In this document: in pieces, positions 1 to 9,299 of the stretch
How the letters are laid out: each line of letters opens with the position of its first letter
How positions within the stretch are numbered: the stretch's first letter is position 1
Source: Dehalococcoidia bacterium
GTDB taxonomy: Bacteria > Chloroflexota > Dehalococcoidia > Plut-88900
Reading direction: 5' to 3'
DNA length: 64,000 bases
Assembly: GCA_965207225.1 (NCBI GenBank)
Contig: CBDBLV010000005.1
Coordinates: 1,600,001 to 1,664,000 of the forward strand
The notes under the pieces: model-generated
Told to the model about the DNA's origin: nothing
Databases searched by the model: none
Seen by the model: the letters and a program-made list of their open reading frames with translations, nothing else
Position numbers and translations under genes: made by a program

Positions 1-1291
1 GGTTAGGGGGCCTGCTCCCCTGGATGGCCTTGGCAATGTGGAATCATTGGATAATCTGTTTCCTTGCTCAGAGGTGCGATGGAATAGGAATCGAAAGTCG
101 GGAGGGGAGTTGCACAGGACGCCGTTGCAGGGGTTGAGGGTACTTGACCTGTCCGCGTACATAGCCGGACCCCTGGGACCGATGGCGCTTTGCGATCTCG
201 GGGCGGAGGTGGTGAAGGTGGAACCGCTGCACGGCGAGGGCGGACACAGTGTGCCGATGCTCATACTGGGCTCGAACAGAGGCAAGAAGGACCTTGCCAT
301 GGACCTCAAAGTGCCCGAGTCCAGGGAAGTGCTGAGGAGGCTGATCGAAAGGAGTGACGTGCTGGTGCACAACATGAGGGTCGGCGTGGCGGAGCGGCTT
401 GGAATCGACTATGAGTCGGCGCGGAAGATACGGCCGGACATCATTTACGTACACAGCACGGCATACGGGCCGACCGGTCGAGAGGCGAAGAAACCGGGTT
501 TTGACCCACTTTTCCAGTCGATGTCGGGGCTTACGGCATGGAACGGGGGAAGGTCGGGCGGGCCCATATTCCTGAGGACCGCGATCTGCGACGACACGAA
601 TGCCCTGATGCTGGCCGTGGCTGTGCTGATGGCGCTGAATCACCGGGACAGCACAGGTCAGGGGCAGAAGGTCGATCTGAGCCTGATGAAAACCGGTGCG
701 TTGGCGACTTCGGACGATTTTATGCGGTACCCAGGGAAGAAAGATAGGCCATTGGCGGATACGGATGTGCACGGGCTTTCGGCGCTGTACCGGTTGTATG
801 AGACGAGGGAGGGATGGGTGTTCCTCGGGTGTGTGCAGGAGAAGGAGTGGGAGCGGCTGAAGGGGGCACTGGAAGGAGATTGGGAAGAGCCAAGGGTGAC
901 CTTTGAGGAGGCGTCCGCAATGGATCCGTGGAACGAGGAACTATGTGAGGCCCTCGGTAAGGTCTTTGCGAGGGACACGGCCCGGGACTGGGAGGCGAGG
1001 CTCGTTCAGAAAGGTGTCCCGTGCGTCAGGGTGGCAGAAGGAAATTTCGAGGGATTCTACGAGAACGAGCACGCACTTGCGGAGGGGATGGTCTATGAGG
1101 GCGAACACCGGACTTTCACGGGGTTGAGGCAGCCCGGGGTGCTGGTGCATTTTTCAGAGACGCCTACGGGGGATAACGCGGCCGCAGCGGTGTTGGGGCA
1201 GCACACGGTGGAGGTGCTGGGGGAGGTGGGATACTGTTCGGAGGAGATCGAGTGGATGATAGAGGCGGGGATAGTAGCAGTCCCAGACTAG
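1..1291 (+). CDS. Family III CoA-transferase (CaiB/BaiF), 5'-truncated by the window edge; possibly the C-terminal half of a tandem fusion
   Basis: LQGLRVLDLSAYIAGP, DLGAEVVKVE, NRGKK, candidate catalytic Asp in TAICDD, LGQHT. The frame is open from base 2 (VRGPAP..., resembling the end of a preceding CaiB domain). Confidence 0.9.
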   Translation, partial: VRGPAPLDGLGNVESLDNLFPCSEVRWNRNRKSGGELHRTPLQGLRVLDLSAYIAGPLGPMALCDLGAEVVKVEPLHGEGGHSVPMLILGSNRGKKDLAMDLKVPESREVLRRLIERSDVLVHNMRVGVAERLGIDYESARKIRPDIIYVHSTAYGPTGREAKKPGFDPLFQSMSGLTAWNGGRSGGPIFLRTAICDDTNALMLAVAVLMALNHRDSTGQGQKVDLSLMKTGALATSDDFMRYPGKKDRPLADTDVHGLSALYRLYETREGWVFLGCVQEKEWERLKGALEGDWEEPRVTFEEASAMDPWNEELCEALGKVFARDTARDWEARLVQKGVPCVRVAEGNFEGFYENEHALAEGMVYEGEHRTFTGLRQPGVLVHFSETPTGDNAAAAVLGQHTVEVLGEVGYCSEEIEWMIEAGIVAVPD

Positions 1292-1359
1292 CTAAGCTGC
1301 CTAGAGCCTCTCCCCAAAGATAAGACGGAACACCGAGACCATAGGGTAGACTTACCCCC

Positions 1360-2589
1360 ATGGCCCGGACGACGTACGCAGCGCCCACCGGTCCCTGGGC
1401 GGCTTTCAGCTTTCGAGACTTCCGCTTTTTGTGGGGCGGAGGCGTTTTCCACGCGCTGAGCTGGGGCATGGAGATGGTGGCCCTGGGATGGCTGGTCTTC
1501 GAAATGACCGACGATCCCTTTCTTGTCGGGGTGGCGTTTGCGGCAGGCATGGTCCCGTTCTTCTTCCTGGGGATAGTGTCGGGGTCCGTGGCGGACAGGG
1601 TGAACCGGCGCATGTTTCTGCGTTTCATATACGTCGGGGCGGCAATCTGGGCCGGGACAATGGCAACGCTTATGTTCCTGGAAGTGGGCCAGGTCTGGCC
1701 GATCATCCTGCTGGCTGGGGTGTCGGGATGCCTGAAGGCGTTCTTTGGAACGACCAGCCAGGCCTACGCGTACGACATCGTGGGCCCGGAGAGGAGCTTG
1801 AATGGGCTTGCGCTGATGTCGTCTAGCCACCGGGTCGGGGCACTGTTGGGGTCGCTGAGTTCGGGGTTCATGATCCGTGAGGTTGGGATCGGGGGGGCGT
1901 ATGTATTGATAGGTGCTACCTATCTGGTGGGTCTGACGGTGCTGCTGGGAACACGAGATGTCGGGCAAGCTGCGCCAGCCAATCGGCAGCCGGTATTTGA
2001 AAACCTGGTGGGTTGGGTACGGCTCATCCGGCAGAACCGGGTGTTGTTGGCCCTGATGTACCTGGCGGCGATAACCGAGATCTTGGGGTTCACGCACCAG
2101 AGCGTACTCCCGGTCTTCGCCAAGGATGTATTGGGGGTGGGGTCGGTGGGGCTGGGGGTGATGGCGGCTACGAGCCAGATTGGAGGACTGTTGGGGTTGC
2201 TAAGCTTGGCAAGGCTGAGAAACTCTGGGAGGAAAGGGTTGTATGCGTTCATCACGGCGGGAGGGTTCGGCATCTCCCTCATGGCCTTCTCCTTATATGA
2301 GAACTTCATGTTCTACCTGTTCGTGATTCTGGTTGTAAATGCGTGCGCGACTGCGGCGGATACGCTCTACAAGACGCTGATGCAGGAGAACGTTCCGAAC
2401 GAACAGCGGGGACGGGCGATGGGTTCCTGGGTGCTGGCGATCGGGACGGCGCCGACGGGTCACCTGGAAGTGGGTTGGGTTGCGGGGCTGCTGGGAGCGC
2501 CGAGGGCGCTGTTGATCAACGGAGGAATACTGGCAATGGCGAATCTGGTGTCGGGGGTCGGGATGCCGAGGATTCGGAGGTTGCCCTGA
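1360..2589 (+). CDS. MFS transporter
   Basis: About 12 hydrophobic segments, motif A GSVADRVNRR, QENVPNEQRGRAMG. Confidence 0.92.
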   Translation: MARTTYAAPTGPWAAFSFRDFRFLWGGGVFHALSWGMEMVALGWLVFEMTDDPFLVGVAFAAGMVPFFFLGIVSGSVADRVNRRMFLRFIYVGAAIWAGTMATLMFLEVGQVWPIILLAGVSGCLKAFFGTTSQAYAYDIVGPERSLNGLALMSSSHRVGALLGSLSSGFMIREVGIGGAYVLIGATYLVGLTVLLGTRDVGQAAPANRQPVFENLVGWVRLIRQNRVLLALMYLAAITEILGFTHQSVLPVFAKDVLGVGSVGLGVMAATSQIGGLLGLLSLARLRNSGRKGLYAFITAGGFGISLMAFSLYENFMFYLFVILVVNACATAADTLYKTLMQENVPNEQRGRAMGSWVLAIGTAPTGHLEVGWVAGLLGAPRALLINGGILAMANLVSGVGMPRIRRLP

Positions 2590-2659
2590 GGGGTATGATT
2601 CATCCTCACCCCAGCCTTCTTCCGTCAAGGGAGGTAGGTATTGAGGAAAGGAGAACAAG

Positions 2660-3907
2660 ATGAGCAGCAATGGAGTCCCGACGATTATCAAGATAGGGAG
2701 GTTGGCGGATGGCGTGAGTGGAGATGTCAGGAAGAAGATGGCGGTCAAGGTGTCAGGGGGAGGGGTGGAGTGGGTGTCCCGGCAATCGGACCTGTCACAG
2801 AGCGGGGATATGGAGGGTGTGGTGCTGGACTTTCCGGGCGCTACGCTCATGCCGGGGCTCATAGACTGCCACACGCACACGAACATGCCGGGGACTGGGT
2901 TGTCGGTGGACGAGGTGCACGAGGATGGGGACGACATTCACCTGATGGAAGCAGTGAAGAGCGCGAGGATAGCGCTGGAGAGCGGCGTAACGACTATGAG
3001 GGACAACGGCGGGTGGAACAAGGTGGTGTTTTCGTTGATGGAGGGGATTCGCCGTGAGATAGTTCCCGGGCCCCGGATTGTGGCCTGTGGCAACCCGGTT
3101 ACCGTAACCGGCGGGCACTGCTGGATGATGGGCGCCGAGGCGGACGGTATAGACGGGGTCAGGGCGGCGGTAAGACGTATGGTGAAGAACGGAGCGGGAT
3201 TCATCAAGGTGATGACGAGCGGGGGCACGACCCGCGGGAGTATGCCGGAGCGGGCAGCCTACACACTGGATGAACTGAAGGTGATAGTGGAGGAGGCGCA
3301 TTACAGGGGCCGGCTGGTGGCGGGTCATGCGATTTCGACGCAGTCGATAGTGAATTGCCTCGATGCTGGCGTGGACATGATCATCCACTGCAATTTCTTG
3401 GACGAAGACGGGGTTAGCAGGTGGGCCCCGAGAATCGGGGAGCGGATCGCGAAAACGGGAGCATGGGTCAACCCGACCATTCACATACGTCGGGCGGCGA
3501 CACTGACACTGGAGGCAAAGAGAGAGGACGGGACGATATCGGAGGAGGAAAGGCTGGAACTGGAGGAGAACGAGGAGACCATTCGGCAGCGGGGCGAAGT
3601 GTTCAGGGAACTGGTATCGGCGGGGGCGAGGATGATCGGGGGGTCAGATTGCGGGTGGGGGGCCTACCCGTTCGGGCAGTTCCACAGGGAGCTGGAGTCT
3701 ATGGTTGAGGTCGGGATGCCGACGGAGCAGGCCTTTCTATCCGGAACGAGGGAGGCGTCGAAGGCCCTGGGGTTGGAGGCGGAGGTTGGGACGGTGGAGG
3801 CAGGCAAAGGGGCGGACCTTCTGCTGGTGGAGGGAGACCCGACGCGTGACCTAAGGGCGCTGGAAAAGATAGTGGCCGTGTTTAGGGCCGGGGAAAGGGT
3901 GCGCTAG
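2660..3907 (+). CDS. Metal-dependent amidohydrolase (prolidase-like subgroup)
   Basis: PGLIDCHTH, FIKVM, VAGHA, IIHC, GGSDCG, GTVEAGKGADLLLV; AGGAG RBS. Confidence 0.92.
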   Translation: MSSNGVPTIIKIGRLADGVSGDVRKKMAVKVSGGGVEWVSRQSDLSQSGDMEGVVLDFPGATLMPGLIDCHTHTNMPGTGLSVDEVHEDGDDIHLMEAVKSARIALESGVTTMRDNGGWNKVVFSLMEGIRREIVPGPRIVACGNPVTVTGGHCWMMGAEADGIDGVRAAVRRMVKNGAGFIKVMTSGGTTRGSMPERAAYTLDELKVIVEEAHYRGRLVAGHAISTQSIVNCLDAGVDMIIHCNFLDEDGVSRWAPRIGERIAKTGAWVNPTIHIRRAATLTLEAKREDGTISEEERLELEENEETIRQRGEVFRELVSAGARMIGGSDCGWGAYPFGQFHRELESMVEVGMPTEQAFLSGTREASKALGLEAEVGTVEAGKGADLLLVEGDPTRDLRALEKIVAVFRAGERVR

Positions 3908-3911
3908 CAGC

Positions 3912-5351
3912 TCAGGCGATGGAGGCCTGCAGGGCTGCAAACTCTGCTGAATCGGGGTCGTGGTTGGAGGCGGTCCAGGCCTGGTTGGCCTGGTGGAAGT
4001 CCTTTTGCGCAGCGTCGGCGTTGCCCAGGGCGGCCTTGGACTTGGCGAGCCAGAAGAGGTCTCGGGTGGAGGGGCGGCGGGAGAGGCGGGTGCGGAGCAT
4101 GGTCTCGGCCTGCTCGAAGCGGCCGGTCTCGATGTAGCAGGCCACCAGGGTGTCTTCCAGGACCTCTCGCTGGGCGTGGCTGCCGCCGATGCGGGCCAGC
4201 CGATCGAGGACTGAAGGGCCGAATAGGGGGTCGAGAAGTTCCAGGGCCTCCTCGGCCTTCTCGGCGGCGAAACATTCCAAGCCCATGAGTAAGGGGACCA
4301 TGATCTCGGAGGCCAGTGCTTCGCCGTCGGCGGCCCGGGCCCGCATTCGAGCAAGCAGGCCGGTCATCCTGCCCCAGTGATTGGCACCCGCTAAGGCAAG
4401 GGCGGCGTGTACGTCCCGGTAAGCGGTGCCCTCGGTATGGATAGCGGGTTCGGCCAGGTCTGAAAGCGCCTGCCAGTCGATATCCGGGACGGTATTGGAA
4501 TAGAGCATATATCTCCAGGCGAGGGCTGCGGCGTCGGCGAGGGCGCCCCCGTCACCCGCGGCAACGGCGGGCTGGATACGGCGTTTGTAGAGGTCCATGA
4601 CCTTGCCGTAATGGCCCTGGGAGAGCTCGAAGAGAGCGTAGTGCCAGGCAAGGTGGACGTAGAAGGGGGCCCGGGGGTCGTAGTCCTCGGTCCACTCGTC
4701 TAGGAACTGGGCCCCGTCGCGGGCCTCTCCCCTTTCGAATAAGACGTGGGCGACGGAGTGGGAGGCGTCGGCGTTGTCAGGCCGAGTCTTTAGGGAGGCT
4801 TCGGCGAGGCGCAGGGACTCGTCGAGGATTCCGGACTCGTGGTACGCGAAGGCGTAGCGACTCTGGAATGCCCAGTCATCACCGTAGTGGGAAGCTACCC
4901 CACCACACAGGGCCAGCTGGTCTGCAGGAAAGCTCTTCGAACCGCCGCCGCTGCAGCCGTAGAAGAGGAGGTTGTTGGCGATATAGAGGATGAGGATGTC
5001 CCTGGGGTACTCCCTCAGGTATTCGTGCATGAGGGAGAGGGCCTGGGGCCCGGGGCTGTGAATATAAGCGTGGATAACTGCAACGTAGAGACGCTCCCGA
5101 CGGGGAAGTCCCTCGGCCCGGGCCTCCGCGAGCTTGATGCTGTCTCGGGCCTCCTTGACCTTGCCCTCATACATGTAGCGGTAGGCCAGTGTGGCATGAG
5201 CTACAGCGAAGGAATCGTCGGCTTCGATAGCCTGGGAGATTCGCTCAAGAGAGCCGTGATTCATGGAGAGCAGGATATCCAGGCCATCCACGAAGATGTC
5301 GGCGGAGTGGGGGGAATTGGTGGTAATGGAAAGGCCGTATCTGTCCTGCAT
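3912..5351 (-). CDS. TTC38-like tetratricopeptide-repeat protein
   Basis: HSVAHV, HLAWHYAL and IGGSHAQREV motifs typical of TTC38 homologs. Confidence 0.8.
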   Translation of the reverse strand: MQDRYGLSITTNSPHSADIFVDGLDILLSMNHGSLERISQAIEADDSFAVAHATLAYRYMYEGKVKEARDSIKLAEARAEGLPRRERLYVAVIHAYIHSPGPQALSLMHEYLREYPRDILILYIANNLLFYGCSGGGSKSFPADQLALCGGVASHYGDDWAFQSRYAFAYHESGILDESLRLAEASLKTRPDNADASHSVAHVLFERGEARDGAQFLDEWTEDYDPRAPFYVHLAWHYALFELSQGHYGKVMDLYKRRIQPAVAAGDGGALADAAALAWRYMLYSNTVPDIDWQALSDLAEPAIHTEGTAYRDVHAALALAGANHWGRMTGLLARMRARAADGEALASEIMVPLLMGLECFAAEKAEEALELLDPLFGPSVLDRLARIGGSHAQREVLEDTLVACYIETGRFEQAETMLRTRLSRRPSTRDLFWLAKSKAALGNADAAQKDFHQANQAWTASNHDPDSAEFAALQASIA

Positions 5352-5422
5352 GGGCTAAGGTAAGTTTAGGTGGTCGGGGGAGGTAGTTTCAAGGCATTTT
5401 CAACCAAAGAATGGGCCAAGAA

Positions 5423-5463
5423 TTTGATTGCTTTGCAATTTCAAGCACGGGTTTGATTGTTTA
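5423..5463. repeat. 41-bp AT-rich dispersed element (copy 1; copy 2 at 54615-54655)
   Basis: 36/41 ungapped identity to 54615-54655; TTTGATTG direct repeats 29 bp apart. Confidence 0.75.
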
Positions 5464-5696
5464 GCGAAGAAACTTCTGTTAAGGAGGTGAGAGATTCGGT
5501 GCCCGCAAGCGAAACGGACCCCAAGGGGCGGTCAGCGCTACGGAGGGCACAGAAATACTTAGACTGTACATTCGTTGGGGATAGGCGTCCGTGGTGGTCG
5601 GGGCAATGGACGGATGACACACTCTTGAGGGAGCGGCAGTGCCCCGAGAATCCGGTTGCCTGCGCAGAGGGGTGCGGATATATTGGCGGCGGTAAA

Positions 5697-6968
5697 ATGC
5701 CTGTTACGCATAACAATGGCAATCTGCCCCAGGCCCTGGCCACGATGAAGGTCTTGGACCTTACCCACTATGTGGCCGGGCCATTCTGCACGAAACTGCT
5801 TGCCGACTACGGTGCAGAAGTAATCAAGGTGGAACGCCCCGGCCAGGGTGACCCGGGGCGAAGGCTGGGCCCTTTCCCCGAAGACAAACCCGGGCCCGAC
5901 TCAAGCGGCCTGTTTAGCTACCTCAACGGAAACAAGCTTGGCATCACCCTCGACCTGAAGCATGCAGCGGGCGTCGGGATTTGCAAGGAGCTTGTCGGGT
6001 GGGCCGACGTAGTAGTCGAGAGCTTCAGGCCGGGCGTGATGGCCGGCTACGGCCTCTCCTATAGCCAGCTTTCGAAGGCGCATCCCGGAGTGATAGTGAC
6101 GTCGCTCTCCAATTTCGGGCAGTCGGGGCCCTACAGGGACTACAAGGCCAGCGAGATCATCGAGTACGCGATAGGCGGCCCGATGCTGTTCACCGGCACA
6201 TCAAACAGGGAGCCGTTGAAGCTGGGGGGTCGGGTGGGGATGATTTTCGCCGGGCAGGAAGCGGCGATGGCGACGCTCATGGCGTTCTACAGAGAGATGG
6301 GAGGAGATGGAGGTGGGGACCACGTTGACGTTTCGATAATGGAGACCCAGGCAGGATCCATAGACAGGCAGACGGCGCTGCTGGTGAATTACCAGTACAC
6401 GGGCAACAGGTATTCGAGGCCCGACGCCTCGGAGGCCTACCTGGGCGGAGTCTATCCGGCGCTGGACGGCTATCTTGACGTCCAGGTGATTGAGAGATTC
6501 CCCCAGCTCCTGGCGGCCATGGGCCAGCCCGACACCATCACGGAGTCGGAGGCCGTCGAATTGGCGATTTTCCTGGACAAGTGGGAGAACGCAGACGGCA
6601 ACCCCCTGGAGAGCGGCGAGCTTATCAAGGATCTGGGCGTGATGTTGGAAAAGTGGGTCCGGGCCCGACCCATGGGCCCGGCCTGGGCCCAGTTCCAGAG
6701 GCACGGGACGCTATCGGCTGCATTTAACGACGCTGCGGGTGTCTACCGGGACCCGAGTTTCAGCCTGCGAGGACTTTGGACGAAGGTGGAAGGCGCGGAG
6801 TCAGGGGTGAGGCGTTTGCCCGGGCGCATTTCGATACTGGAGCGTACGCCCTGGCAGGCGCGGAGACCGGCCCCGGGCCTGGGCGAGCACAACAACGACG
6901 TTTACGGTGGGATGCTGGGGTACAGCCGCCGGGAGCTTGCAGGGCTAAGGCAGATGGGGGTCATTTAG
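5697..6968 (+). CDS. Family III CoA-transferase, subunit apparently lacking the catalytic Asp (BbsE-like)
   Basis: VLDLTHYVAGP, ADYGAEVIKVE, NGNKLGITLDL; GGRVGMIFAG where the partner has YLADAVGG. Start ATG 5697, with an alternative GTG at 5499. Confidence 0.9.
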   Translation: MPVTHNNGNLPQALATMKVLDLTHYVAGPFCTKLLADYGAEVIKVERPGQGDPGRRLGPFPEDKPGPDSSGLFSYLNGNKLGITLDLKHAAGVGICKELVGWADVVVESFRPGVMAGYGLSYSQLSKAHPGVIVTSLSNFGQSGPYRDYKASEIIEYAIGGPMLFTGTSNREPLKLGGRVGMIFAGQEAAMATLMAFYREMGGDGGGDHVDVSIMETQAGSIDRQTALLVNYQYTGNRYSRPDASEAYLGGVYPALDGYLDVQVIERFPQLLAAMGQPDTITESEAVELAIFLDKWENADGNPLESGELIKDLGVMLEKWVRARPMGPAWAQFQRHGTLSAAFNDAAGVYRDPSFSLRGLWTKVEGAESGVRRLPGRISILERTPWQARRPAPGLGEHNNDVYGGMLGYSRRELAGLRQMGVI

Positions 6969-6973
6969 GCGAT

Positions 6974-8296
6974 ATGAGTGGGCGAAGGCTGCCCCTGGAC
7001 GGGGTCCGGATAGTCGACCAGACGTTGGCGTGGGCCGGGCCTTTCGGGGCACAGCTGCTGGCCGACTGGGGGGCTGAGGTGATCAGGGTCGAGCCGCTCC
7101 AGTTCATGCAGCGGGCGACCCGGGCCCCGAACATCAGGCCCTTCAAAAGACCAACGTCAAACTGGGCCAACGACTATCCAGACGGAAAACCGGGTGAACG
7201 CCACTGGAACAGGCACCTGATGTTCCAGGTTCACGGACGCAACAAGCTGAGCATCACCTCGGACCTCCCCGATCCCGGCTGCATGGAAGCCTACCTGAAG
7301 CTTGTGGCCGTGTCGGACGTTGTGGTGGAGAACAACGTGCCCCAGACCTACGCGAAGTTCGGGGCTAGCTACAAAACCCTCCGGCAGGCCAGACCCGACA
7401 TAATCCTGGCCAGGCTTCCGGCCTATGGTCTGGACGGCCCCTACGCCACATACCGGGCGGCGGGCCGTCAGATGGAGTCGCTGGCAGGTCACAACTGGCT
7501 GCGAGGATACAGGGACGAATCGACAGACGAGGCGAGTGACCTGATATCCGTGCGCGGCACAACTTACCTGGCCGACGCCGTGGGAGGTGCGAGCCTCGCG
7601 TTCGCCATCATGGGCGCCCTTTGCCATCGGAAGGCCACGGGCGAAGGGCAACTAGTGGAGGTCGCATCCGCCGAGGCAGTGGTCCACCACGTCGCCGAGT
7701 CCGTAATTGACTACGAACTGAACGGGCGTATCCAGGGGCCCCTGGGCAACGGGCATCCATCGAGGGCGCCCCAGGGCTGCTACCGTTGTAAGGGAGATGA
7801 CAACTGGCTGGTGGTCTCGGTGGGGAGCGATGAAGAATGGACGGGGCTTCTACGCGTGATGGAGGATCCGGCGTGGGCCCATGATTCCCGTTTTGCCACA
7901 ACGCTCGGGAGGCACCGTTGGCAGGACGAGATTGATGAACATATCTCGGCGTGGACCCGAGACAAGGACCACGTCGAGCTAATGCACGTTCTGCAGGCAG
8001 AAGGGGTGGCCGCGGCGCCCGTGCATGACCAGGAAGAGCTGTTCGATGACCCGCACATGAGGTATCGGGGGTTTTTCCAGGAGGTGCACCAGCCTTCTAC
8101 CGGGACCCACATCTATCCCGGGATGTCCTGGCAGATGGCCGGGACTCCGAACCCGATCAGGCGGCCATCCCCGATGCTGGGCGAACACAACGAGACGGTC
8201 TACAAGGAGCTGTTGGGGCTAACGGCGGAGGAATACGGCAGGCTGGAGGATGCGGGCCACATCGGGATGGACTATCCGGCGCACCTGTATGGCTGA
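6974..8296 (+). CDS. Family III CoA-transferase, catalytic-type subunit (BbsF-like)
   Basis: LDGVRIVDQTLAWAGP, GRNKLS, YLADAVGG, PMLGEHN. Confidence 0.92.
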   Translation: MSGRRLPLDGVRIVDQTLAWAGPFGAQLLADWGAEVIRVEPLQFMQRATRAPNIRPFKRPTSNWANDYPDGKPGERHWNRHLMFQVHGRNKLSITSDLPDPGCMEAYLKLVAVSDVVVENNVPQTYAKFGASYKTLRQARPDIILARLPAYGLDGPYATYRAAGRQMESLAGHNWLRGYRDESTDEASDLISVRGTTYLADAVGGASLAFAIMGALCHRKATGEGQLVEVASAEAVVHHVAESVIDYELNGRIQGPLGNGHPSRAPQGCYRCKGDDNWLVVSVGSDEEWTGLLRVMEDPAWAHDSRFATTLGRHRWQDEIDEHISAWTRDKDHVELMHVLQAEGVAAAPVHDQEELFDDPHMRYRGFFQEVHQPSTGTHIYPGMSWQMAGTPNPIRRPSPMLGEHNETVYKELLGLTAEEYGRLEDAGHIGMDYPAHLYG

Positions 8297-8342
8297 GGCA
8301 AGGGCCAGCGCAATGCAGGCCCGAGCCTGAACACGAAGAGGC

Positions 8343-9275
8343 TTACCTGACTCTAGGCAGGACCTCTTTGGCAAAGGTCTCGTACAAATCCTCTATCTGT
8401 TCGGCGGGGCACTTTGCCGTAATGATGATATGGGTAAGGCCCGCGTCAATGTAACGTTGGATGCTCTCGGAGCAGTCATCCACCGTACCGAAGGCATAGC
8501 AGCCTTCCCCGACAGGTCTCGGGTCCCGCCCTGCGCCCTCCCGCACCACCCGACTCAACGTCTCCCACGCCTTTTCCCGTGACTCGCCGAGGCACGTGTA
8601 CATCAGGCATGCCCAGTCCATCCCCTCCGGCTCTCGTCCGAAGGACAGAGCGTAATCTGAGATTTTATCCATGCAGTCCTTGTAGATCTGCGCAGGAGCG
8701 CTATTCAGGAATCCATCGGCAAACTTTCCGGCCCGCCTCAGAGGGCCTTCCCTCAGCTTTCCGTCCCAGAACGCCGATGTCCAGATTGGCAGGCTGTTCT
8801 TCTGCACGGGTCTGGGCAGGACGGTGAGTTCTTCGAAGCTGAAGTGGTCACCGCGATGCGTTACGTTTGTTTCATGGACCAGCCTGCGGAGCACTTCGAG
8901 GGCCTCGTCATTGATCTTCGCCCTGGAAACGCCGCCCACCTGTGCCGCCTGCAGGTCCTTCTGGAAGACCCCGAGCCCCGTCCCCAGAATGAACCGGCCA
9001 TTGGACATGGCATCCAGGGAGAGAGCGGTCTTTGCCAGCTGGACGGGAGGCCTGGCGGGAAGAATCAGGACGCTGGTCCCGAGCCCGATGCGGCTTGTCC
9101 TCGCCGCCGCCCCCGACATGATTACCAGGGGGTCTAGGTCGGGGGTGGTGAGGAGGTCGGGGGCCCAGAAGGAGTCATAGCCCCAGCCCTCCAGCTTTTC
9201 GGCGAGGGTCGCCGGGTCAACAAGGGTCGGGAGAGTCGACCTAGGGTAGGTGGCCCCAAACCGTATTGCAGGCAT
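8343..9275 (-). CDS. LLM-class (luciferase-like) flavin/F420-dependent oxidoreductase
   Basis: GYDSFWAPD, AARTSRIGLGTSV, LDAMSNGRFILG, PRPVQ, FAKEVLP. Confidence 0.9.
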   Translation of the reverse strand: MPAIRFGATYPRSTLPTLVDPATLAEKLEGWGYDSFWAPDLLTTPDLDPLVIMSGAAARTSRIGLGTSVLILPARPPVQLAKTALSLDAMSNGRFILGTGLGVFQKDLQAAQVGGVSRAKINDEALEVLRRLVHETNVTHRGDHFSFEELTVLPRPVQKNSLPIWTSAFWDGKLREGPLRRAGKFADGFLNSAPAQIYKDCMDKISDYALSFGREPEGMDWACLMYTCLGESREKAWETLSRVVREGAGRDPRPVGEGCYAFGTVDDCSESIQRYIDAGLTHIIITAKCPAEQIEDLYETFAKEVLPRVR

Positions 9276-9299
9276 CGGCAAGCGGGTAGGCCGGTACCC

